Shown one piece after another: positions 10,269 to 20,085 of a DNA stretch of 29,928 bases (the stretch's first letter is position 1; each line of letters starts with the position of its first letter). The stretch is from NCBI RefSeq assembly GCF_004010195.1, contig NC_057751.1, positions 2,145,305 to 2,175,232 on the forward strand, in the 5' to 3' direction. This stretch comes from Chiloscyllium plagiosum. Lineage: Eukaryota. The translations under genes and the position numbers were made by a program. The notes under the pieces were generated by a model. That model was not told the DNA's origin. It did not search any database and was given only the letters and a program-made list of their open reading frames with translations.

Positions 10269-10469
10269 AATGTGTTGCTGGAAAAGCGCAGCAGGTCAGG
10301 CAGCATCCAAGGAGCAGGAGAATCGACGTTTCGGGCATGACCCCTTCTTCAGGAATTCATGCCCGAAACGTCGATTCTCCTGCTCCTTGGATGCTGCTTG
10401 ACCTGCTGCGGTTTTCCAGCAACACATTTTCAGCTCTGATCTCCAGCATCTGCAGTCCTCACTTTCTCC
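10269..10469. mobile_element. Penelope-derived foldback element with 72-bp inverted arms and a 14-bp TSD
   Basis: Arms 10269-10340 and 10357-10428 are 70/72 complementary. Exact TSD tagaatcagaggat at 10255-10268 / 10470-10483. Confidence 0.9.
10320..10356 (-). ncRNA. Minimal type I hammerhead ribozyme-like motif
   Basis: Minus strand: attcCTGAAGA-A-GGG-gtcatg-CCC-GAAAC-GTC-gattc. Confidence 0.6.
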
Positions 10470-10754
10470 TAGAATCAGAGGATCCCTATTGTGCAGGAAG
10501 AGGTCACTTGGCCTATCAAGTCTGCACTGACCTGCAAAGAGTACCTCACCCAGACCCAGAAATCCTTCACCCCGGAGAAAAGACCTTGTCTATTGACCCT
10601 ATCCATAACCCTCATAATTTTATAAACCTCTATCAGGTCACCCCTCAGCCTCCGACGCTCTAGGGAAAATAGCCCCTACTCAGCCTCTCCCTTCAGCTCA
10701 AAGCCTCCAATCCTCACACATTCTTGTCAGTCTTTTCTAAACCCTTTCAAGTTT
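10470..10754 (-). mobile_element. Internally deleted CR1 3' fragment
   Basis: LINE tail plus ggtcacccctcagcctcc...cctttcaagttt ORF2 end. Confidence 0.8.
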
Positions 10755-10755
10755 G

Positions 10756-11410
10756 GAGAATTAAAACATTTCTTTTAAATCGTTTTTCACTCAGGAAAGA
10801 GCCTGAACATGTTTGCAAAAAATAAAGTAAGTTTGCATTTTCCCATAGGCTGCTGATAAATTAGTGAGTGGGAATAAGTTTGTGAATGATAACTGTTGTG
10901 CGAGGCTTGGACAAAATTCTCTTCATGTCGCTTCTGGGAATCATCTGAATGAAGGGAACAAGATACATTCTGGTTTTTTTTGGGTCATATTAATGCAGTT
11001 TCTGTTACTAATAGAATACCAATAAGACATGTGAGATTTACCTAAGACTTGGCATGTGATACTGAAATCTCAAAGTTAACTCTTTCCACACAACCTTCCG
11101 CCCATCTTACTTCACTGCACCCCATCAACATATTCCTATATTCCTCTCAGCCTTGTGCTTATCATGTTCTCTTCTTTACTCTTCCATATCTCATTGCATG
11201 AGGTGGACAAGGAGCATACTTAAGACTTATTAGTTTTTCCAAAAAGCAAGTTGCCAGCATGTCACCAAAGACTGTGCCTGGGGAATGGTGCTCAACATTG
11301 TCTGATCAAGAGACTATATAATCTGTCATTGCCCAACTGGAAGGATATTTCAGGTTGATACCCTACCTGTTCGGTCACGTTATAAATGCAATTCCTGTGG
11401 CCATTAGATC
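10756..11410 (+). pseudogene. Probable distal L fragments (MTase/CTD), interrupted by a LINE-tail remnant at about 11080-11190
   Basis: Long + frames LVSGNKFVND...GHINAVSVTNRIPIRHVRFT and GGQGAYLRLISFSKKQV...VIAQLEGYFRLIPYLFGHVINAIP. No diagnostic motif; assigned by position. Confidence 0.4.
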
Positions 11411-11510
11411 TGGGAATGGGATTTGAATCCAGAACATCTGGTTCATAGAAAGGGATACTTTCCAATGTTCACGTGTGCTCATCTAGCTTCTCCTTGAATA
11501 CATTTATAAA

Positions 11511-14500
11511 GTCATAAGTCACAGAGTGTACAACACGAAAACAGACCCTTTGGTCCAACTCAGCCATGTCAACCAGATGTCGTAAATTACTCTAGTCCCA
11601 TTTGCCAGCATTTGGCCCATATCCCTCGAAACTCTTTCTATTCATATTCCCATCAGGATGCGTTTTAAATGTTGTGATTTTACCAGCCTCCACTATCTCC
11701 TCTAGCAGCTCATTCCATACACGCACCACCCTCTGTGTGAAAAAGTTGCCCCATAGATCCCATTTATATTAAACCTCTGGCCTCCAGTTTTAGACTCCCC
11801 AGCACAGGGAAAAGACCTTATCTATTTACCCTAGCCATGCTCCTTGTGATTCTATAAAACTCTTTCAGGTCATTCCTAAACCTCCAATGCTCCAGGAAAA
11901 AAATAGCCCCAGCTTATTTAGTTTCTCTCTAAAGCTCAAACCCTCCAGTCCTGGCAACATCCTTGCAAATCTTTTCTGTCAACTTTCAAGTTTCACGACA
12001 TCCTTCTGGTAGCAGAGACACCATGGTTTCCCCACAGTATTCCAAAAGTGGCCTTACCAATGTCCTGTACAGCCGCAATAGGACATCTCAACTTCTGTAC
12101 TCAATGCACTGACCACTGAAGGCAAGCATACCAAACGCCTTCTTCGCTACCCTGTCTGCCTATGAATCCACCTTCAAGGAACTATGAATCTGCACTCCAT
12201 GGTCTCTTTGTTCGGCAATATGTCCGAAGATCCAATCATTAAGAATGTAAGTACTGCCCTGATTAGCCTTACCAAAACGCAACACCATACATTTATCTAA
12301 ATTAAACTCCACCTGCCACTCCTCAGCCCATTGACCCTCTGATGAAGGTCCATTGTACTGTAAGGTAAACTTCATCGCTGTCCTTGGCAGCACCATTTTT
12401 GGTGTCATCTGCAAAATAACTAACCATTTCTCCTCTCGTCACATCCAAATCATTTATTAAAATGACAAAAAGCAGTGAACCCAGCACTAATCCTTACAGC
12501 AGATCTGGTCACAGGCCTCCAGTCCAAAACACAATCCTCTACCACCACCCTCTGTCTCCTTCCTTCAAGCCAATTTCTATCCAAATGGCAAGCTCTCCCT
12601 CGATTCAATGTCATCTTCCCTTGCTAGCCAGGCCACCATGCAGAACCTTGTTGAACACCTTGCTGAAATCCATATGGACAACATACAACACTCTACCTTA
12701 ATCAATCTTATTTGTCACTTCTTCAAAAACCTCAAATTAAGATAGTGAGACACAATTTCCCATGCACCAAGTCATGCCGACTATCCCTAATCCGTCCTTC
12801 CCTTTCCATAGACATGTAAATCCAGTTTTTCAGATTTCTCTCCAACAACTTAGATACTGCTGACATCAGTCTCACCACTGTACTGTTCCCTGGCTTTTCC
12901 TTACCACCTTTCTTAAATAATGTCACCATATTAGCCACCCTCCAATCTTCTGGCACCTCACCAGTGGCTATCATTGATACAAATATCTCAGCAACAGGCC
13001 CAGCAATCACTTCCCTCTCTTCCCACAAAGTTTTGGAATACACCTGATAAGTTCCAGAGATTTATGCACCTTTTTGCCTTATGAGACTTTCATCACCTCC
13101 TCCTCTTTAATCTTGACACTTTTGAACATTTCTCCAAGTTCTCTAGCTTCCATATCCTTCTTCACCGTGAATACCAACCCGAAATACTCCTTTAGTATCT
13201 TACCCATCTTCTGTGGTTCCACGCAAAGATCTTTAAAGGGAACTATTCTCTCACTAGTTACACTTGTGCCCTTCACATATTTTTCGAATCTCCTCAGACT
13301 CTCCTTAACTTTATTTGTCAAAGCTATCTCATGTTTTCCTCTTGCCCTCAAGATTTTCCTCAAGTATACCCCTGCTGCTCTTGTACTTCTCAAGGGATAC
13401 ACTCAATCTTTGCTGTCTATATCTGCTAAATGTCACCTTTTTCTTGACCAGAGCCTCAATTTCTCTAGCCATCCAGCATTCCCAAAACCTACCAATCTTG
13501 CCCTTCAGACAAATAGGAGTATGGTCTTGTTATCTCATTTTAAAAGGCCTTCCACTTTCCAACTGTCCCTTAACCAGGTAAAAGCCTCTCCTTTTTCCAT
13601 AACTATTTTAAAACTAACAGAATAATAATCATTAACCTCAAAAAGCTCCCTAACTGATACTTCAGTACTTTTTCTCTTCGAAGTACATCCACATCCTGAA
13701 AAAGAAAATTTTCTTATACACACTGAGCAAATTCTTCTCTTTCCAAGCCCTTAACACTATGACAGTCCCAGTTTATGCTTGGAAAGTTTATGTTTGGAAA
13801 GTTAAAACCGTGACCATTACAACCCTATCATTCTTACAGATATCTGAGATCTCCTTACAAATTTACTTCTCAATTTCCCAATGACTGTTCAGAGGCCGAT
13901 AGTACAATTCCAATAATGTCATTTTTTAAAATTTCTCAGTTCCATCCCAATAATCTCACTGGACGCACTGCCAGGAATACACTCCCTAAGTACAGCTGTC
14001 ATGTTATCCTAAACAAAAAACGCTATTCTCCCTCCTTTCTTGTTGACTTTCTAATTTTCTTGTTGCATGTATACCCTGGAACAATAAACTGCCCTTCCCT
14101 GAGCAATGTTTCTGTAATAGTTGTGATATCCCGATCCCATGTTCCCAACAATGCCCTGAGTTCACCTGCTTTACTTGTCAGGCCTCGTGCATTGAAATTG
14201 CAATGATTAATTGATCAGTCTTAAATCATTCTCTGCCTTGCTCTTGCCTGCCTTGATTAATTGACTTGTTGTTCTTCTCAACTGTAGCAGCCTCAGACGT
14301 CACTGTTTTCTCGCTATCTCTGTGGGTTTGAGCATGCCCCCTTACTAGTTTAAAGACTTACAAGTAGTAGAAGCAAATCTCCCTACCAGGATATTCGTCC
14401 CCTTCCAATTCACATGCAAACTGTCCTTCTTATACATGTCACTTCTGGCCCAGAAGAGATTGCAATGATGCAAAAACATGAATTCCTGCAGCCTGCACCA

Positions 14501-15260
14501 GCTACTCAACTCTGCATTCATCTTCTATATCCTCCTATTCATACTCCCACTAGCACTGGAGTAATCCAGATATCACTATCCTCAAGGACATACGTTTTAA
14601 CCTCTTGCTTAATTTCCTATATTGTCTCGTCAGTACCTCATCCCATTCTCTTTCCATGTTGTTGGTACCAACATAGACCATGATGCCCTACTGGTCACTC
14701 TCCGCTTTGAGAATATTCTGCCCCCCCTCCAAGACATCCTTTACCTTGGGACCAAAGAGGGAGCACACCATTCTAATCTCTTGCTGTCGGCCACAGACGA
14801 TCGATCTACACCCTTGTCTGGTCAGTCCACTGTCACAGTTGATCACATGGAATCTGACATATCTCTCATTACAATAAAGCCAGTCTCCGTACGAGAGTAC
14901 ATGATGCTCTGCACTTTCCAAAACATATAATTGTTTAAGATGGGGATAGCCATAGGAAACTCCTGCACGACCTGCCAACCTCTCCAAGCTTTCCTCGAGG
15001 TATCCCATCTGCCTGACTGTATCTGCAATTTTTCTTGCTTCCTGAAACTTCTATTCTGTAAACTCCTCATTGTCTCTAACTGTCGCTCCAACAGATCCTG
15101 CAGACATAATCATAAGGAATACTGAAATTCTTCTGAATCTTCCACATCTAACAGGAAGAGCACAAAACTCTACTAAAGGTCATCCCTGCACCTTAATCTC
15201 TCAACCCAGAAAATAGCACACTCTTACTGCTCGAAAAACACTTCTCGAGGATAACTTAAA
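11511..15260 (-). mobile_element. Near full-length decayed CR1/HER1-type LINE (ORF1, endonuclease, RT, tail) with internal deletions
   Basis: ORF1 MERQLETMRS coiled coil and RMVCSLFGPKVKDV esterase-like block. ORF2 GEVPEDWRVAN.V.LFKKG and FADDTK. Tail at 11511. Confidence 0.9.
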
Positions 15261-15264
15261 ACCA

Positions 15265-15717
15265 ATGATTGGAAGAAGGTCTAGTTGAATCTTGTCAAGT
15301 TTGAGCTCTTTGATTGGGGTTGTTAACCTGGGAGGCCTGGCTGGCAAATATAAAAAGGAGATTCAGAGAGTTTCCTCATTCCAGGGACTGGGTGTGCATA
15401 AGCTCGTCAGAGTCCATGTGCTGCACGTGTAAAGGGTGACTTGATGATGGGATACCAGCCTCTGTGCAGTTATTTCAGTGGTGACAAGAGAAAACAGTCT
15501 GAAGAAAATGAGCTCACAGCAGTCTTCTTGGGATTGGTGTAAGCATTTCTGGCATCATGCCTTTATTTGGAAAACTTGACTCATGATAAACAGGAGATTC
15601 AAAGGGTGTCTGCATTCTAGGGTTTGGCACTGAGTCAGCTAGGCAGAGTCCATGTATTGTGCATATGTAAACAAATGGTGTCTTGTTGACAGAATACCAG
15701 CCTCCTTGGAGTTACCA
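15265..15717 (+). mobile_element. Internally deleted Gypsy-type LTR element (partial 5' LTR, PBS, gag start, partial 3' LTR)
   Basis: Direct repeats (..cagagtccatgt..ataccagcctc..agtta..ca) ending at 15477 and 15717, PBS-like tggtgacaaga at 15479, and MPLFGKLDS at 15557. Confidence 0.75.
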
Positions 15718-15719
15718 TC

Positions 15720-16110
15720 TATACTCGTACGTAGGTCACTGTCATGTATTAGTTGACACCTCACTTCTGGCCAAAAAATCTTGCATTTTCAATATATCTT
15801 GTGTGTAAGTCGACTGTACTTCTTCATAGCTCCAGATCAACATTTATAAGTCAGTGTGCCTGCCTGTTGCGCTCCCCTTCAGCTTTGCAGTTCACTCACC
15901 ATAGCACTCCATTCTGGATCTTCCAGTCCACCAGCCATCACCCTCCACTCATAGTTTTCAGAATTACTGTAATGGTACAACAGTACAGGATGACTGCTGT
16001 ATCCATGGTTTCAGTTACCCGTGGTTGACCGCGGCCCGAACCTATTACAAGGAACGTTGTAGAACCAGGGACCAGGCAGCTGCCGGGAAGGTAAGTTTCC
16101 CATTTCATCT
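15720..16110. mobile_element. Fragments of Tc1-mariner/pogo (Tigger-like) DNA transposon ends
   Basis: tatactcg..taagtcgac subterminal motifs, and ggtttcagttacccgtggttgaccgcggcccgaa resembling Tigger-type MITE ends. Confidence 0.45.
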
Positions 16111-16714
16111 ATTTTAGACAAATATTCAACAATGGCCATAATTCTTTTTTCTTTTGTTGTTTATTATTTTACATAGAGATCTGGCTCTTGTCTCATTTCA
16201 TCCCCTTGAAAATAATACTTTATGACCATCCTAAGTAGTTCCTCCTGAGTTCGCCATTGGACATGATGGTGTAGAACTCTGTGGAAACATCTATATGTCA
16301 ACTCAATCTGAACTCTTAGATAATTTTGAAATCTTTTTTCACATATTCATTTTCATTATAAGAATTGGGACAAAGCAATAAGATAGTTTTGCGAATCAAA
16401 TCACAAAATCCATTCCTGCCATTGTGAAATTAATGTGCAGCATAGCATTGATCAACAGCTGCATTGTTACCTGTTACTTGACATTTTTACAATTTATTGT
16501 GCTGTTTGCTAATGATGATATTTTCAAATCACATGGTTCAAACACCAAATAAAATATGATAAATACAGGTCGCGAGACAAAATTATTTTCTCTGAAGGGA
16601 TGACATCATGTAGTAACTACGGACTCTAGTTTTATTATAAAAATGCTTTGGGGAGCAGTGTATTTTTATCGCGAGAACAGAATGTCTTCTCATAGTCCAG
16701 AATGCAAAGTTAAT

Positions 16715-17026
16715 GTGGAGAAGCAGTGCTTAATACTGCTGCCTCACAGCACCAGGGACCAAGCCTCAGTGAGTTTGCACATTTTCCCTCTGTCTGCGTG
16801 GGTTTCCTCCAGGTACACGAGCTTTCTCCCATGGACTGAAGATGTGCACATTAGGTGGTTTGGCCATGCTAAATTGGCCATCATGTCCAGGGATGTGCAG
16901 ACTAGGTAGGTTAGCCATGGGAAATGCAAGGTTACAGGGACAGGGTGGGGAGGGGGGAAGTTGTTCTCAGTGGGATGCTCTTCAGAGGGTCAGTATGGAC
17001 TTGATGGGCCAAATGGGATTCTATGA
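16715..17026 (+). mobile_element. HE1-like SINE with internal deletions
   Basis: ctgctgcctcacagcaccagggacc head, gagtttgcacatt central domain, gggattctatga tail. Confidence 0.85.
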
Positions 17027-17124
17027 AAGCTTTGAATCTGTTACAACTTTGTAACGGATGCTGTTTATGGTGAATATGTTCCACAGAGTGAGGAAATAAG
17101 ATGTTTGCATGGAACATGCAATAG

Positions 17125-17277
17125 ATTCTGTGTCTTATGATCTTATACTCCACAACCACCTGATGAAGGAGCAATGCTGCGAAAGCTAGTGCTTCCAAAT
17201 AAACCTGTTGGACTATAACCTGATGTTGTGTGATTTTTAACTTTGTACACCCCAGTCCAACACCAGCATCTCCAAAT
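17125..17277 (+). mobile_element. Penelope-like pseudo-LTR fragment (second family)
   Basis: Hammerhead core followed by AATAAA (17198-17203) and a repeat terminus, ctttgtacaccccagtccaacaccagcatctcc. Confidence 0.7.
17157..17191 (+). ncRNA. Minimal type I hammerhead ribozyme-like motif
   Basis: cac-CTGATGA-A-GGAGC-aat-GCTGC-GAA-AGCT-A-gtg: stem I cac/gtg, stem II with 1 mismatch, palindromic stem III AGCT. Confidence 0.65.
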
Positions 17278-17340
17278 ACATGGAAAATGGCACTGAGTAC
17301 ATTCCATGCAGTGAGACAGAGAGCCTGAAGGTGAAATTTG

Positions 17341-17836
17341 AGAATCATACAGTACAGAAGAGGCTCTTCAGACCTAGTGAGTCTGTAATGTCAAAAATAC
17401 ACAGCTACTTGCACCCGTCCCATTTGCCCTTGCGAGGCTGATAGCCTTGAATCTTATGACATTGAGTGCTCATCCAAGTACGTTTTAAAGCTCATGAGTT
17501 TTCCCACCTCAACTGTCCTCTGAGGCAGTACATTCTAGATTTCCACCACCATCTATGTTCAAAAGATTTTTCGTAAAGCCCTTCGAAAGGTGTTGCCTTT
17601 CTATTTAAAATTATGGTTGTATTGACACTTCAACATAGGGAAACTGCTGTTTTCTATTCATGCTGTCCATGCCCTTCATAACCTTATACACCTCAATCAG
17701 GATTCCCCACAAACTTCTATGCTCCAAAGAAAACTGCCGAAGCTTATCTAGTCACTCCATGCCAAGCAACCTTCTGTGAATCTCTTCTGTATCTATTCCA
17801 TTGCAATCGCTTCCTTCCCATAATGTGGTGACCAGA
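17341..17836 (-). mobile_element. Degenerate CR1-type LINE 3' portion
   Basis: agaatcatacagtacagaagagg tail and decayed ORF2 end as far as tgtggtgaccaga. Confidence 0.75.
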
Positions 17837-17843
17837 TGGACAG

Positions 17844-18000
17844 AACAGTGAGTTTGTTTATATGGAGTATGACAGTGGATACATTAAATGGAGGGTGACA
17901 GTGAGCAGGTTTACATGGAGCATGACAGTGATCATGTTTACAGAGATTGTGACAGTGAATACGTCACATGGACATGATAATGAAGACTGTCCATAAAATT
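17844..18000. repeat. Degenerate minisatellite, about 26-bp unit
   Basis: About 5-6 copies of gacagtg...gtttacatggag. Confidence 0.75.
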
Positions 18001-18027
18001 AGATAGTCAGTATTTTATATGAGATGG

Positions 18028-18225
18028 TCAATTAGCTCAGTTGTTTTGCCATGTACACTAATGCCAACAGTGTGGGTTCAATACCTGCTCCAGGTGAGAT
18101 TCCCATGAAAGACTCTTCTCGTCAACCTTTCCCATTTCCTGAAGCATGGTGACCTCACCTCTAGTTGGCTCCCTCTCTCTCTCTAATGAGGGAGCAGCCC
18201 ACTAATCCAGAAAGATTACAGCAAT
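18028..18225 (+). mobile_element. Degenerate tRNA-derived SINE
   Basis: A-box-like tagctcagttg and B-box-like gggttcaatacc. Confidence 0.5.
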
Positions 18226-18236
18226 TTACGAACATA

Positions 18237-18770
18237 ACATATAACTTTGGCTGTCCATAACAAGCAAAGTACTGACCATATCTAACCAGCTGTAAAACAT
18301 GCCCAAATATAGATGTTATTCTGAGATTGGACAACAACTGCGAAATAATCCTGAGTATATGAAGAATGATGCTGATTACCAGTTAAGGATTATTAGTCAG
18401 GCTCACAGAGAAGTGCACTGGCATGTACTGGAAGTTAAACATATCAACATACAGAGCCCTGTCTGAGTGTTTCAACTCAACAAAACAAATGATAACCATT
18501 CTATCCTTCCTCAGGGCTATCAGGGTCAATCTCTTTGCTCTAAAATTTAAACAAAGCTTGGATACTGAACTGTTAGTCAGCATGAGTTGGTGCATTCTTC
18601 ATGGCAGTGCCTTGTCCAGAGTCATTTGCCAAACAATTTGCACTATTCTCTCATATAAATGTTGCTTCCAATTCCTTCCAAACTACCCTGATGAGTGCAA
18701 GATGAAAAGCTTTGACAAATATGTCTTTTTTCAGTCAACTCAAGTTCAGTGAGACCAAACAACTGCTAAA
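18237..18770 (+). mobile_element. Penelope-like retroelement 3' end: GIY-YIG endonuclease C-terminus plus pseudo-LTR
   Basis: 18320-18466 reads SEIGQQLRNNPEYMKNDADYQLRIISQAHREVHWHVLEVKHINIQSPV*, matching the PLE pattern SAIxxHL...FxII...LExxxI...P. Confidence 0.75.
18683..18718 (+). ncRNA. Decayed minimal hammerhead ribozyme-like motif (third family)
   Basis: CTGATGA-GT-gcaag-AT-GAA-AAGCTT-T-gacaa: palindromic stem III AAGCTT. Two apparent CpG>TpG changes affect stem II and the cleavage site. Confidence 0.5.
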
Positions 18771-19616
18771 AACAATTGTCTTTGCGTCATTTTATGAACT
18801 TCTCCCTAGGGTTTCTACAGTTTACTTCTTATTCTCATGAAAGCCATGAGTACTGGTTCAACATTATTTCAGGATGATTGTCATTGTTCTGTGACTGCCA
18901 TTCATATCAAGGATGAAAAATAAGGATGACTGGATACAGTCCTGACACCATTTGTTAACATGGACTCAATGTCATTCCTGGAAATGAATACTTGCAATGT
19001 AGCCAAAATGAGTTTCCATTTGGACAATGGAGTGAAACTAAGTTGAATGGAAACGAAATTGATATTGTCAGCTTGGATTATAATTGAAAAGCACTGCAAC
19101 TACTATCCTTCTGACTCAGAGACAGGAGTGCTACTCAGTGAGCCACAGTGAGACCTCACAGGTGAGGGAGTCATTCAGTTCTTATTAGTCATCCTTTCAC
19201 ATAAGAAATATGAACTCAAGTTATGACACAGATACAAACAAACACAACACAGTGAAAGTAAATCATCGGAGACTGAAAAATAGTCACTCCAATTGTTCCT
19301 TAACAGGTTTTTGAATAGCCAAACACAGACCTTGTAAATAATTATTTCAGACACTACTTTTGTACCTCAAACATAAGGTTCAAGTATTTATGAAATAATA
19401 TTTTGAGGATTGACACAGAACACAGACAAATACAGTTAAGGTTAAAATAAAAGAGCGAAACTAGGCAGATTATTTAAATGTCTTTCATGATGCATTGTTT
19501 CACTGGCATAATTATGGACACTTTGGCTGTTTTTTCTGAAACATTAACTCGAATCTTCTTCTCAGTTTACCCAGGGAAAGGCAGCGATATTTCTAACTCA
19601 GTTTTCGACAGGCTTG

Positions 19617-20085
19617 CAGAGTCACAGAGATGTACAGCACGAAAACACACCCTTTGGTCCAACTCATCCATGTGGACCAGATATCTTGATCTAATCTCGT
19701 CCTATTTGCCAGCACTTGGCATATATCCTTCAAAACTCTTCCTATTCATATACCCATTCAGATGGCTTTTAAATGCTGTAATTGTACCAGCCTCCACCAC
19801 TTCCTCTGGCAGCTCATTCCATACATGCACCACCCTTTGTGTGAAAAAGTTACTTCTTTGGTCCCTTTTAAACTTTTCCCCTCTCAGCCTAAACCTAAGC
19901 CCTCTAGTTTTGGACTCCCCCAGTCCAGGGAAAGACCTTGTCTCTTTACCCTATCCATGCCCTTCATGATTTCATAAACCTCAATAAGGTCACCTCTCAG
20001 CCTCCGATGCTCCAAGGAAAACAGCCTATTCAGCCTCTCCCTGTAGCTCAAATCCTCCAACTCTGGCAACATCCTTGTAAATCTG
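19617..20085 (-). mobile_element. CR1/HER1-type LINE 3' fragment
   Basis: RFTRMLPELEDLSYRERLNRL...RLRGDLIEVY and tail; similar to 3326-3800. Confidence 0.92.

Larger units (their letters stand above)
601..11410 (+). pseudogene. L: Endogenous Mononegavirales (rhabdovirus-like) L polymerase fossil, fragmented by about 10 TE insertions and internally deleted
   Basis: Colinear + strand motifs: FNLLL/LISDVMMS (2335-2375), *GHPKLTLRG/GMLGLNLITTLK (from 2872), KYQSTFRKKQT (4626-4658), CS..LR.SW (6914-6945), YLPF/GSFSEE (7071-7102), ILPVPDIGGSVSHSW (7814-7858), DTN/NFQ (7958-7976), VYLLCARDSGTEEI (10161-10202). The GDN palm motif was not found. Confidence 0.75.

Noticed and set aside
12339..12350. 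CTGATGA at 12339 (and at 23879) as hammerhead cores
   Set aside because: No stem II followed by GAAA; chance matches.
17844..18000. Regularly spaced gacagtg repeats as a CRISPR-like array
   Set aside because: The spacers are themselves similar, so this is a degenerate minisatellite in eukaryotic DNA.
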